A stretch of DNA of 57,905 bases, counting the filler, from Sluysia triapertura (lineage: Eukaryota): the NCBI GenBank assembly GCA_046118255.1. It is 4 parts of 4 records of this genome, joined end to end, with 100 filler letters (N's around TTAATTAATTAA, not from the genome) between each part and the next. Parts side by side here need not be neighbours in the genome. Positions count along the whole stretch, not along the records: positions 1 to 11,101 come from JBJNIA010186702.1; positions 11,202 to 26,526 come from JBJNIA010231343.1; 2 more parts are not named here. One strand, written 5' to 3'. This document shows positions 1-12,837 of the stretch, piece by piece (position 1 is the first letter of the stretch; each line of letters opens with the position of its first letter). Under the pieces are notes generated by a model. It was not told the DNA's origin and did no database searches. It saw nothing but the letters and a program-made list of their open reading frames with translations. Both the position numbers and the translations under genes were made by a program.

Positions 1-253
1 ACAATCTTATCATATCTTATTATAATTTTTCTGATTATAACTACTTGATTTATTTTAATCTAAAATTAGTTGTTATTAACCCTATTAAGTCTTATTTTAA
101 ATTGACAAACATTATAATCTTGGTGAGTGTTTTTAGTTTTGTTTTTTGAAGATAATACTTTATTTTAACTAGGATTTAATAAACATTATGTTACATGTGT
201 ATGTCATTAAATTTAGTTTATGAAATATTTGTATATGATAGCTTGAGTCTTGT

Positions 254-2695
254 ACTCGTCTCAGCGGTTCGAGGTTTAAGTGCTTAACAAATAAAATAAC
301 GATTTAAAAGACTTTATACTTTCACATTTTTATTTGTTCAAATCTTATTTCTTTATTTTATTGCTTTCAGATTTTATTTTTGAATGCCATTCGTTACAGG
401 TTAAATTACAACAATACAATAAAATAAAACAATAGTTTAATTTTATTCACAGTTATTATTAGATTATTAAATGACAAATTAAAAAACGAAAATGATAATC
501 GAATATTGTCTGAATATTAAGTTCTCCGATAATAATAATAATAATGGTTGTTAATTATCGTCTGTCAGCTCGTCAAATTTTATTCCATATGTTTTAGTTT
601 GATTTGTTCCTTTTTATATTCGTTGGGTAATAAAATTTATATAAATATAAAAAAATATAAAATTGTTCCAAAAGTATTACAATGTATAAAATATAATTTT
701 TCGATATAATTGAGAATATTAACAATGTAATAATACAATTTAAAAAATGAATTCACATATAATAAACTTTTTCGAATTATATTAAAATGTATACAGTATA
801 ATTTATTTCTCGATATAAATGTTAGAATATTTAATTATTTATTAAGCATTATTTATTAAATGCTTAATTTATTCAATTTGCAGACATAGTATATTGTTAT
901 ATTCATAATTATTCATACCGGATTCTTGATTCATATTACATTCATTACACAGTTATTATGTGAATGTGCTTTGTAAATTGATCATAATATTTATAAGTTT
1001 GAATTTCACACCATTCACATTTAAGCATTGTTTTCATATAATTTTATTTTCCTTTTCATACATTCACATTCAAACATAATTAAAACTTTACAATTATGGA
1101 TTTTGTGCTTTCAGACATTCCACTTTAGTCATACTTTATTTACAATTAGGTTATAAAATTGAATAATCACACATTTTTTCAGTTAATGTATATATTTATA
1201 TAACGTATAAAGCATTTAAACGTGGAATTAAGTTTACTAAATTTTTTAAGCACATTGTATGGATTATTTTATGGATTATTTTATATGTATGCATAATATA
1301 TCAATTTGTTTTCTACGTTGAGTTCTTTTTATTGTAAATGATCTTAGCGACTAGTATTAATTCACTTAACTCGATTGAAAATATTTATCTTTGATGTTGT
1401 AATTCTTATACTCTTCTCAGCTGTTCGAGATAGGAGTGCTAGTTTAGGTAAATAAGTGTCTTATTATCTAACTGCTCTAATTCCCAATCCCTCTTCCTTT
1501 TTAAATATAAAATACAGGTCAGAAAACTTAATTCAATTAGTTTGCTAAAAATGCATAATATGTTGAACCGTTTGATTAATTTAATTAATTTAGTTTACTA
1601 ACTTAAAATTTAATCAAATTTTATTATAAAAGAAATTAGTCTTTATATAAAATTCGAATAACTTACCTTCAGTTAAGCTTCGTAATTCAAAGGATTATTC
1701 AAATGTCCATAATCAATAGTTTCTCGAGCCATGATCAACTTAAAATATCCTAATAATCTTATCTTATTTTTTTGTTCTGTTTATTGTGAGTGTTTTATCA
1801 AATGATTCGGCTTTTTATATTTTATTAAATTTTATTCTATTCAATTCAAGTTAATTTTTAAACAGCGAAAATATGTGTACGATTAATAGACAATTAGTTT
1901 TCGAATACACAAGTTAAAAATACATGTACAATTAGTTTTACAATTACATAATTGATTTTGCGTTATTCGATTTTTATGTGGATAAATCAACATAAATTTT
2001 AATATTATTATTAAATCTGTGGAGAGAACTTTTTCTGTTTTAAATTTAAACAATTATTAAAAATATTAAGCTTTTTTTGTACTTTTAAATTTTTATTAGA
2101 AACGTCAAAAGTTCTAATTAACGAAAAACAATTTAAATGCAACTTGTAAACAATTAATAAAGTAGGCTTAAGGCCTTTTGTAAACAATAAATTAAACAAA
2201 TAAACAATGTTGAACTTTATTTTGCGAATAAAAATTGTAAAAACATAATTAACACTAATAAACAAGTAATAAACGGTTACCATTATCATCATCATTATTA
2301 TTATTATTATGGTTATTATTATCATAATTATTATTACCATTATTATTATTATTGTTATGATTATTATAATTATTTTTATAATTATTATTGTAATAAATGT
2401 TTTCGACGTGTGAATATATATGTTAATGTAAAATTCTCTTTGCTTCTTCCAAGTCTTTAAAAAATTTACGAGTTTTTTCTTAGGTTTTATTTTTTAAACT
2501 TTCGTCAAATTAAATGTCTGTATAATGTTTTATACTTTAGTGCTTAAATAACTTTTGTTCTTTATTATTAATTCAAATCTTTTTATTAACTCTTATAATT
2601 ATTCTCGACTTTTCTATCAATGTTATCACTTTATATCGAACTTAACTGGAGGTATGAATTAATATACTCGTCCTCGTTGTTTAGGATAGAAGTGC
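254..2695. repeat. Three ungapped copies (254-283, 1410-1439, 2666-2695) of a 30-nt hairpin motif, about 1.2 kb apart
   Basis: actcg-tctc-agcggttc-gagg-tttaagtgc / actct-tctc-agctgttc-gaga-taggagtgc / actcg-tcct-cgttgttt-agga-tagaagtgc. A partial fourth copy lies near 9941-9965. Confidence 0.7.
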
Positions 2696-3562
2696 TTAAT
2701 AATTCATTAACGACAGTTATGCGACTATGCTTTAATCAACACTCGACTGTAATTGAATTTTATTCGTAAATGTTCAGGTTTCAACTTAACACAGATAAAT
2801 TATAATTATTAATAATCCAATTGTAAATATTTAGTTCAAAATTTACTATTACAACCTATCAATCTATCTTAAACCCCTATTTAACTTACAAATAAAAACA
2901 AAGAATAATTTCAATAAAGATTTATTAATTTAATTATAACTAAAGATAATTTTTATTAAAAGAATTTATAAATAAAATTTTTACTATAATGTTAATATTT
3001 TCAACTATACGCGGAAAATAATTCTTACTCTGAATCTTTCAGTAAATGATTTCTGGTTCTCGCAGTGTTCTTCTAAAATAATTGCTGAAATGTTGTCGTT
3101 TTGAATAGTACTTTTTGTTTTGAATCGTAAATTTTATTGAAATTCCAACATAATCGTAACTCCTTTTATATTATTTCCAATAATTAACTATTATAGTCAC
3201 GAACATAATATTATAATAGTTAATAATTTCAGATTATTTAATAAATTTCAGATTATAGTCACAAATATAATAGTATCGAGTTAATTATACAAATGAATTA
3301 TTTTCACTATATATTATTACCTTCTTAGTTGAAAATTAATTAGGTTATTTTATAATAATGAGTTTTACAAAAATGAATATTATTATGTATGTATCCGAAT
3401 GTATGTATTGCATACCATTAGTTGTGATTCATTCACAATTCGTTTACGCAATATTATCATGTACATATTAAATTACGACTTACAATGCATCCACGCAATG
3501 TTATTGAATTCGTATATATTGAATTAAGATGTGTATATTATATTAAGATGTAATTGAATTAA

Positions 3563-3700
3563 CCCTTTCAGCCCCGAATTTTATATCTGGAGGAAGCTAA
3601 AATTATGCTCTTCGTATTACTTTAGTAGGATCTTGCATAGCAGTTGTGTAAGAGAAAAAATCGCCATTGACGCCATATAGCGGTCCCGGGGCTGAAAAGG
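3563..3700. mobile_element. piggyBac-type MITE (138 bp)
   Basis: TTAA at 3559-3562 and 3701-3704. 14-bp TIRs CCCTTTCAGCCCCG / CGGGGCTGAAAAGG (13/14 match) begin with CCC, as in piggyBac. Confidence 0.9.
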
Positions 3701-3933
3701 TTAAGATATCTTTACAGTTGTAAGTGAATTAAGAGTGAATAAGATGTATTTACATTATTATTAATATTATGATTATAATTATTATTGTTATTGCTTTGGT
3801 TGATTTGTGATTTTAAAATGGTTGTAAATGTTTTTAATCTTGTAATTTGGTAATGTTGTTATAACTTTAAGCTCTATTGTCAATAAAATATTCCTTTTAT
3901 GCCATTTATAATGAAGAAGTTTCAAAAGTGAAG

Positions 3934-5376
3934 TTAAGATACCGTAAGTAACCTTAATGCTGGCTTTAAGAATAAGTTGCTTAAATCTCTAATAAAATTT
4001 ATCAATCTGCTCTCTTTGTTAATGGAGCATCGTGTAAACGGATTATGAACGTCCTTCAATGAACTAAAAGTCTTAAAGTGCTTACCCAAGAGTTGGGTAG
4101 AATGGACTTCTACAGTATTAGGAAATTTATCTGCGTTTAATCTTGTCAATTTTAACATACATATATTTATTACAACCTCATGCAAAAACAACAAAAATCT
4201 TTTTAATATATAAGTTTGAAAATTTAATAAAAATACATTAATTGGTATGTATTTAATCACTAAATGTCTAAGATTCAAATTAGAAGTTTTGTCTTCTTCC
4301 TCATCTCCTCTTTCTCCAAGTTTATTGTTGCATACCACACTCTGTTTGGCTTCACGAATCCGTTCGGTAGCTTTATAAATGGAATTAAAGATTAATGAAT
4401 ATATTAAGTTAAAACTCACGTTGATTGTTTCAATATTAGAAACGTTAACAAAGATGAACTCAAAATCTACTACATCAGTCAAATCACTCATAAACAACTT
4501 TGATTGTAATACTTTATCTAAGAATTGATATTGCATCATTGATTTCAGACTTTTTGTTAAGGTTTCTTAAGTAGAGTAGAACACAAATTTTAAGGCGTTT
4601 AAGTAAGTATGAATCACTTCTTTGTTCAAGATCCACGTGAAAATGTCTAAAACCCGATTGATCATGTCTTTGAACGTCCTGATATCTGCTTAATGAGATT
4701 AAATTACGAAATTGTTCTTCTGAAATGTACGTGACGATTAATTGATAAGTTGAAACTTGAAGCATTCTATGATTGTTCTGTAGAAATTGCAGGACATCGA
4801 GAATTTTATGTACGTATTTGATTATCATCATAATTTCGTTTCGGTATATAATCATGTGCACATAATGAAGGTGAAACGATCGGATCATATGATAACTACT
4901 AATGATTGACTTATATGAGTATGATAAAAATTGGTTTCTTTTCTTTAGATCACAATTGTTGTCTACATCGACAGTTCTATCAGGACTAAATCATAGTCTA
5001 GAATTCGTGAATAAGCTAATACTTTACTGGGAAATATTGGTTCAATTAAATACTTTATAATTCTACGGAATTGAGGTACCTCGACATATTTTACATCGAA
5101 TTCTGAATAATTATCATCAATTAATGTGCATACAAATTTTAGTTCCGAATCACGTAGTCCTGATCTAAATATAAAAACGACAACATTTATTTTTAGAGCT
5201 GATGTTTCACAAAGTATGACTTTGTCATCAAGATAACCGAGCTGCGTTTTAGAAAAATTAAAACTGTTTGATTTAAGAAAAATAGGATCAATCCATCTCG
5301 TAAATAACTGTTTGCGGATCACTTCCATTGTTGTTACGTTATCTTCTTTAGTTTTAAATTTTTGAATTGTCACCAT
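3934..5376 (-). pseudogene. Disrupted ORF of about 480 codons, product unknown
   Basis: Three abutting or overlapping minus-strand ORFs (5376-4963, 4888-4514, 4539-3934) with coding-like composition, separated by stops and frameshifts. No family recognised. Confidence 0.55.
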
Positions 5377-5621
5377 GTTTGAAACGAAATTAAATTATAA
5401 ATATTTACAACAATAAAGTGATAATAGTATTTTCTGTTTTTCAACTGTTACTGTTTTTTTTGTTGTTTAATTTTTTTAACTCTTTTCGATTCTATTTTTG
5501 TGACTCGTCGCAGTGTTTTTTAAACCAGTTTAAATTGTGAACATTTACAATTATTATAATTATGTTATTTTTCTCCTCTCACAAATTGGTCACCACTAAA
5601 GCAAGTTGTTTTAGTTTGTTT

Positions 5622-5798
5622 TACTATTGGTTATCCAATCACGACGTCAAAAATAATTATTTACATAGAATAGTCGTGATTGGATGATACATAGTATTGA
5701 AGTACAAAATTAATTTTTGATGATTTACCATCATCAATATTGATATGTTAATAAAATGGTGCATAGAACGTCAATATTGATGATGGCAACAACAAAGG
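5622..5798 (+). ncRNA. Pair of long pri-miRNA-like hairpins (candidate)
   Basis: Perfect inverted repeats 5633-5645/5673-5685 (13 bp) and 5728-5743/5771-5786 (16 bp). Both extend outward using G-U pairs on the + strand, and both loops are 27 nt. Confidence 0.5.
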
Positions 5799-5883
5799 TA
5801 GTTTTAATTATATTTATAAAATATTTTAGTAATTGATAATAATAATAATAATAACAATAATATTGTTATTATTATTTTTTTAA

Positions 5884-6704
5884 ATGGAAATAAATCGCAT
5901 AAATCTTTCTTTTGATAACTTACACGATCTTTTCTTTGAACTACTTAATTTTCTACATATAGAATAAAAAAAGAACAAAAACAGATGACATGCTGTGAAG
6001 GAGCAACGGTAACGAGGTTTACTACGTCTCAATTATCAATGAACAAAATTACAGCAGCCATCTAAATGACCGTATGAAGTAATGAAAATTACCGACACTA
6101 ATTAGATTCTACCAAATTAAGATTCATAAACATTTGTAGTACATGCCAATAGATGTAAGATAGCACCACATAATTTAATTTAATCACGTAAGGATACGAG
6201 CTATTATCGACATGGGAACTACTACATCTGTAATGCATTATAATTTCCTAACTACCTGGGAACTTCTGTTTATGGATCCACCGCAAACAACAATTTATAA
6301 CGTGGAGCGAATACAAATTAATATGAATAGAGTAATACATGGTCATTTAACTATATTGGATCCACACGTAAATGCAATACATTTGGGAAAACTCTCCTTT
6401 TGATTTGATAATTTATCTAGATATAATTGATAAATTAGATGCTATAGTAATACATAGTAAGTTTGGTTTTATAAAATTTCCACGATGTGCATAATTGATA
6501 ATTCCACAAGTTGTTGTTCCGCACATTGATGATGAGATTACTTTATATGAAACTCCAATTCATGTTCCGACACCTAGTTTCGAATCCATTGATCCCGTAA
6601 TACCTTCGTTTCGATTATCTGATATGTTATGGGAACGGTCATCTACTGACTCATCGCTGTCATCCGTAACGAGTGAATTTTCGGAAGCTCTGTTGACACG
6701 ATAA
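5884..6704 (+). pseudogene. Decayed retropepsin-like aspartic protease ORF with Pro/Ser-rich tail
   Basis: Frame just before the 6212 ORF reads VRIRAIID(M)GTTTSVM, matching the retropepsin ALxDTGAxxS motif with a single ACG>ATG change. Several stops and frameshifts. No RT follows. Confidence 0.6.
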
Positions 6705-6747
6705 TACTTACTTTTACTAATGCAAACAATCATAGTATTAAAAAATC

Positions 6748-7717
6748 ATGTTGAGCATCATTACTAATATTAACAGTTGAATTCTTATCTTTAATTAATT
6801 TTGTTAAATCTATAAATTTTGAGAAAGATGAGGAATACAGAAATTTATACGAGGCTTTCAATAATGGAAAATAATAAAAATTATTGATTACAAATATTTA
6901 TAACGAATATTTACTTAGAACCACTGTTAATTGGTAAACCACACCAATATGCTTATAGACCAATGTTAATATCATTTGAATTGGATACGAAACGAAATAC
7001 TTAAAAGGTGCGAAATTTGGCGCAAAATATTGCAACAAATAAATCGATAAACAATTGTACCTCTAAAATCAAAGACAGTAATGTTTTATCTAATGGTAAA
7101 ATACATAACATCGTCATATTAATCTATAAGCTACTTTTTATTTTTGCAGTTCTTATATGCAATATGGATCATATTATATATAGTTGATTTTTGTAGAAAA
7201 TTATGTATGTTCTCAAACAATGATTACTGTAGTACAATGTAATACACATGATGTATAGGTTTACAAAACCGAATATCTTGAATTTCGTAATTATGACACA
7301 GAAGTTATATTCAAGTTAGATTTACATGCTTAAAACCTGAGAGACTTAATTTCTTGCTAAAAGACACATTATTGCTAGAATATATGTAGCACCGGCGAAA
7401 TTAGAACAGTTGTATTTTGCATTAAATGGAACACGGAAATACTTATCATTACCAGAAATGTTAAAAAATGATTTGCATTATTAATATTAATTTTAGTTGC
7501 AATATTATTTATCATCGCTTTGTCAATAGTTATAATCATTATGTTTGCATCAAATAGATGTAGATATCCATGTTTACCTCCAAATAATGACAATGATGAC
7601 CGATATACTATTCCACATTGAAGTAATTTAGAACCACCACCAGGATTTCCATTAGAATAACCTCCTGTTTACGAATATGCAACTGGTAATCACTCGCCTC
7701 TGATATATGGAGACTGA
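6748..7717 (+). pseudogene. Decayed single-pass membrane protein with Pro-rich PPxY tail (env/glycoprotein-like)
   Basis: From 7472 the frame reads FALLILILVAILFIIALSIVIIIMFAS (TM), then NRCRYPCLPP...LEPPPGFPLE*PPVYEY (PPVY at 7661-7672). The upstream part is Cys-containing but broken by stops. Start is approximate. Confidence 0.45.
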
Positions 7718-8799
7718 CAAATAACAAGTTTACAATCCGTTATGTTAGCGCGTGTATGTTTGACATGTATAATCAATGTACATACAAAATAAGTAACAAT
7801 ATTAAGACCACGGATTACATTAAAAGCACTTCAGCGAATTATATATGCAACAATACAGATAATACTATTAAAATCACTAAGATCTCTATGCGCTGTTGCA
7901 TCACTGATTGGTGCAAGTACGAATCAGACATTAGAAAAATGTAAGTCACTGGATTGTGCTTAAGATGGTCTCATGGAAAATCGATTATTTAATGTCACAC
8001 TAATTTAGGAAATTGAGGATGGACCAAAACAAAATTCGAGAATCATATCGATACATAATTACATGATTAGGACAAAGCCTTTCATCTTTGATCAGCTTTC
8101 GGTGATCAAATTTCGGCGACTATTAAATTTCCAATCCACTAACAGAAAATATAATATTAATTGCCTTTTAATTTGTTAAGGCAAGTCACTATGCTTTGAT
8201 ACTTCCTAACACTAGTATCCATTTACTCTTTGTCCCAGATCATGATCTTACATTTATTGAAGTTTAAATCTTGTGCTATAATGAAATTCATGACACTATT
8301 GGATTTTGGTCAGAATATAGAATATGTGATTTAATAAACTGGATGTTTTCACTAATTCAACACCATTTACTACTACCGTTTTAAGTACTAGAAATACCGT
8401 ACGTATTACTACAAATATAAGTTATACTACTAAACTAGATAAGACTTTAAATCACTCGCACATAATTTTACTACCGACTCCATAATAAATCTCTATCACG
8501 CTATATTTAGTTATCACGTTACATCAATTACGTGTTGTTTTTCAATTTCATAAGTTTTATCTATTCAATCACCTTTTTATTAAAGCATAAATAGGACATA
8601 AAATATGAGTAATGACATGTCCTATTCGCTGACCATGTGTGACAGCTGTTAAAAATGTAAAAAATGTGATGCTGATATTCATATTTTGATAATTTAATCA
8701 AAATAATGTTTATTATGTATTTATTTTAATACTTACTTTTAATTTAAATCTCACTAAATTATGTGCAGATATGGTGACCACTCCTTTATTTACTGATTC

Positions 8800-9748
8800 C
8801 TTCTCCCAGAGTGTAGATTGAAAAGTGAGTTACCTGTAACTTGGCCATTCACATCTTTGCTCTGTCATCTGACCACCCACGTGTCTCACTTCAGGGTCTG
8901 TCCAATGCGCCTGAAGAGTTTAATTCGTTATATATTCCCGTATTTCGAGGCGCGGATAGAATGACTCTAATTGTAAATAACTTTCCTTTACTCCTTTGTA
9001 CTATCTATAAGCTGCAGTATTTTGATGGAAGCTTTAGAATACCCCTACTTCAATCGCGCTTTTCTTTGTATTACCGACGGCGCCTTTTCTCTCCTTTTGC
9101 CCAATCTTTTTGATAGTGACTCCCCAAATTTGGGTAGATGGAACAGTGGAATTTCTTATACCCACGATCAATCTCTTTCTGCAGAGGATGAAGACCGACT
9201 TGTCTTCGTAGCACATCATTATGTCCTCGATTTTTTCAGCAAATCCCATCTTACTGGCTTTGCCTGTACAGCAGGCAATTTCACTCACAGGCTAGAATAA
9301 GGCCCCGATGTCGCATTCACAACTTCTTATGCGACATACAACTAATCGCAGATACCGATATGAAGGAGAGTAAAGATCTCGATGACGTTATGACATATTT
9401 TTTCGGTCATCTCCACAATAAGATACTAGTCTCATTAAACCCTCGCTTTGTCATTGAATCCCTACAGCTTCCTTTCTTTTAAAACAGATGATTGTTTTTT
9501 ACGGGCCAGACAAACCCTTAAACTCTTATACCCTATCTGCCCCAAATTTATGTGTCGCCAACTAGCTTCTGAGTTGATGACATTATTGGATTTCATAAGA
9601 GAAAAAGACATTACTTTCATTCCTAACTGTAATAACCACCCTTCGATTCTTTTCTCTAAACCATCTACGTCTTCTAGGTTTCTCTTACTATGTCAAAATC
9701 CTCGAATCCTCCACCTACTCCTTCGTTTTTAGTTTCAGCTCTGGCCAT
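8800..9748 (-). pseudogene. Ty3/Gypsy gag remnant
   Basis: ATG at 9748 gives MARAETKNEGVGGGFEDFDIVRET*KT*M, resembling the gag start FDxxxExWxxYxER (TGG>TAG, TAT>TAG). Minus strand is purine-rich. Follows the LTR-end-like ...GGTCCGGTAACA. Confidence 0.5.
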
Positions 9749-9771
9749 GTCCCGTCTTAAGTATCATATAG

Positions 9772-9808
9772 TGTTACCGGACCCTGCCAAATTGTATTTT
9801 GCCGTAGG
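9772..9808. repeat. LTR-terminus-like motif TGT(T/A)A(C/T)CGGACC(C/T)TGC...TTTG(C/T)CGTA; also at 17921-17957 and 19884-19918
   Basis: Three near-identical ~37-nt copies. On the minus strand the motif ends in ACA directly upstream of the gag remnant. Confidence 0.7.
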
Positions 9809-10434
9809 TTAAAAATGAGAAAAACCACAACAGTGAATTATTTTAGAAAATTTAGGTATTTAGGAAATTTAAGAATTGTTATGTGAATGTAACAATTAAC
9901 TTAAAGTTTTGAATTAATTAGCGGATAATGAAATTTTAGATAGCGTCTCACTGTTCGAATAAGAAATGAGTAAAGAAGATATAGAATTGGAAAATTCATG
10001 AAAATGTAGGAAAACGTAAGAGTGAAATACTGTAAGAGTGAGATAGATGAATATAGCAACATCTACAGTCATTTTTGGAGTTGATGAATATCTTGTAGTT
10101 TGAGACCATTGAGGAAACTAGATATTTCTTTGAAAAACGTTTCGAAGCATTGAAGTTTCGAATCTTTGAACTTGTGCACCTTTTAATCATTTAAGATCTT
10201 ATCAACCTTTGAAACTTTGAATAGCATTTGAGACCTTTGAATTAATTGAAGTAATTGAAATCTTCAAAATATTTCTGAAATAAAATCAATATTCCCAATA
10301 TTAAAGTTAAATTTGATATATTAATAAATAGTTAATATAGAGTACCAAAAAACTTTGGAATCTAATAAAATCTTGAAGCATGAAATAAGATAAAGTCGAA
10401 AAATATAATCAAAGTTTTAATTAACTTAATTTTA

Positions 10435-10930
10435 TTGGGTTGGTGCATAAGTTCGTGCGGTTTTTTACAATTATGAAAAATGTACACTGATTAAGAATAA
10501 AAACATGCAAAAAATTCCAGATAACAAAATGAATTTATTAAATCATTAGAAAAAACAATTATCTCAGTCTCATCGGTGAGATATTCTCCGCCACATTCGA
10601 TCATTTCTTTTCATCGTTCTGGAAGTTTGTCAATCTAATGTCTAAAGAAGCTTGGTGATTTCTGATCGAAAAATTCTTCAATCCACGTTGTTATTGCTTC
10701 TTCGTTTTCAAATGCAAAACCAGAAATATGGTTTAAGATGGAGAGAAAAAAAATGAAAATATGTTGGGGCTAAGTCAGGCTAATATGAGGGATGGGGAAG
10801 AACTTCCCAACCAAGCTCTTCAATAGCCAACTTTGTCATTGTGGCGACGTGAGGTCGAGCATTGTCATGCTGTAAAATTATCTGCTTTTTATTAGTCCTC
10901 TTCGTTTTGATTGCAGTGTTTACTCGTGTA
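10435..10930 (-). mobile_element. Truncated mariner (DD34D-type) element: 3' part of transposase plus one TIR
   Basis: QHDNARPHVA...LGWEVLPHPSY*PDLAP...KLPER*...GGEY. TIR ttgggttggtgcataagttcgtgcggtttt is preceded by TA at 10433. Confidence 0.92.
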
Positions 10931-11101
10931 AATAATATATATCCTGAGAAAACCTGAGAAAAATAAAATTGTGTATAATAATAATTGTATAATAATTGCA
11001 AAAATGTAATAATTATTGTAAATTTGAAAAATAAATAATAATAATGAAAATAAGAATTGTAAAAAACATAATAATTTAATCTTTGTAAATAATAATAATT
11101 T

Positions 11102-11201
11102 NNNNNNNNNNNNNNNNNNNNNNNNNNNNNNNNNNNNNNNNNNNNTTAATTAATTAANNNNNNNNNNNNNNNNNNNNNNNNNNNNNNNNNNNNNNNNNNN
11201 N
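11102..11201. other. Assembly gap with six-frame-stop linker
   Basis: N44-TTAATTAATTAA-N44. Confidence 0.98.
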
Positions 11202-11264
<63 letters not shown>

Positions 11265-11280
11265 TATTATTGTTATTACT
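11202..11280. repeat. (ATT)n microsatellite
   Basis: Direct reading. Confidence 0.95.
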
Positions 11281-11634
11281 ATTCTTATTCTAATTAAGAC
11301 GATCTTCTTCTACATGAATTAGCTTATATTCAAATTTAAGAGATAGGATAAGAATGTCGGGAGTTGTGAAGTGTTATGTGCTGCTGTAATTATTATTCAA
11401 TTTGAATTAATTTTTTTTCTTTCTTATTAATCTTCTTCTTCGCATTTCAACAACGAGATCTCACACAAACTCAATGCGCGATATTGTCAGATGATCTTTA
11501 AACATGAATCTTCAAGTTCAATTAATTTTCCATACTAAATTATTTAATTCTGATGTAAACAATGTGTGAGGACTATGAAATGATTCAGTAATGTGTGATT
11601 TAAATTGAGAATTCTTCAATTCTTGTACGATTTT

Positions 11635-11750
11635 GGACTCGCAAATCGAACCTGGAACCTCTGGCTTCACAGCTGTTCAGTTCGATGCTCTACCAACTGA
11701 CCTATCAGCCCCGACTAACAATTTTATTTTATTATAGTCAATTATACTAT
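11635..11750 (-). mobile_element. Degenerate tRNA-derived repeat (same family as 32976)
   Basis: Minus strand reads aaattgttagtc-GGGGCTGATAGGTCAGTTGGTAGAGCA...GGTTCGATT (A and B boxes). Shares about 35 nt of 5' flank with the 32976 copy. Confidence 0.8.
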
Positions 11751-12667
11751 CATTACAGTGCACAGTATATAAAACATGTGATACCAAGTGAATTTGCTGA
11801 ATTATGTTTAGTGATATTTTAATATTGTTTAAATATAACTCATTTGAGTTGCAGATGATCTGTAGAATGACTTCGTTAAATAAATCGGGTATTGCAAAGA
11901 GTGAAGTTTCTTCTTTGAAATATCGTTTTATTCGGTTTTCCAGAAATTTATGATTCAATGATCGATGATGTACTCTTGATTTAATATGGTATTCATGTCG
12001 AATGTTTGAGTTTGTCGATGATTTATAGAGTGAATTTATCTAATGTAAGTGTAGTGAACTCCAGATCACAACTACAAACAAACACTAACACAAATCAACA
12101 CATCTTACATAAACAAATTACTAAATAGATACAAAACATAAACACAGTTATAATAATTTATTATATCATAATTATAATATAATTGTTCTTTTTCTTCTGT
12201 GTTTATTCTTGTGTATATATTTTTTTGTTCCTAGTATTTTATCACTATTATTATTGTTATTATTTGTGCTACATCTACTTCTACATGTTTCATTATATTG
12301 CTCATTTCTGAAGCATAAATAATATTATGAATATAATATTATAAATTATGACTAACATTGTGAAGGTTGCAAGATAAAGAATGTAAGAATATTTATGGAA
12401 TGTTTATTGTGTGATTTAAACTGTGAATTATGTTAATTATGTTGTGAGATCATTTTGTTGTCAATATAATTATTTTCCAATCAGAAGTGCCACAGATTTC
12501 AAGTGTCTTTGAAATGTGTCATTACTAATATATTAATGTCCCATTAACAATCAACTTGATGCTGTTACACAGTGACAACCATGACAACGACCAAATCCTA
12601 TGGGAGTGAACGAGTTCCAAGAACTTGAACATGATTATTGAAGTTTCAAAAAGTACACTATCCTTAT

Positions 12668-12837
12668 GTATCTATGCGATGTTGATGATCTTCTCAACAA
12701 TAACAATGGGAGGATCTCATAATGAAGTAATTAAAGATAAATGCACGTTACTAATTCTGTATTTATGCGATGTTGATGATCTTCTCAACAATAACAATGG
12801 GGAGGAGCTCACAATGAAGTAATTAAAGATAAATGCA
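12668..12837. repeat. Tandem duplication, unit about 90 bp
   Basis: tatgcgatgttgatgatcttctcaacaataacaatggg...aatgaagtaattaaagataaatgca occurs twice. Confidence 0.9.

Noticed and set aside
254-283. Hammerhead ribozyme reading of the 30-nt motif (CTGAG on the minus strand)
   Set aside because: The CUGANGA and GAAA core sequences are absent.
2011-2340. 109-aa ORF, and similar poly-Ile/Leu ORFs at 32922, 32945, 38888, 38935 and 44795
   Set aside because: They are translations of (ATT)n or AT-rich low-complexity sequence.
11146-11157. TTAATTAATTAA repeated in all three N runs
   Set aside because: Artificial six-frame-stop contig linker, not biology.
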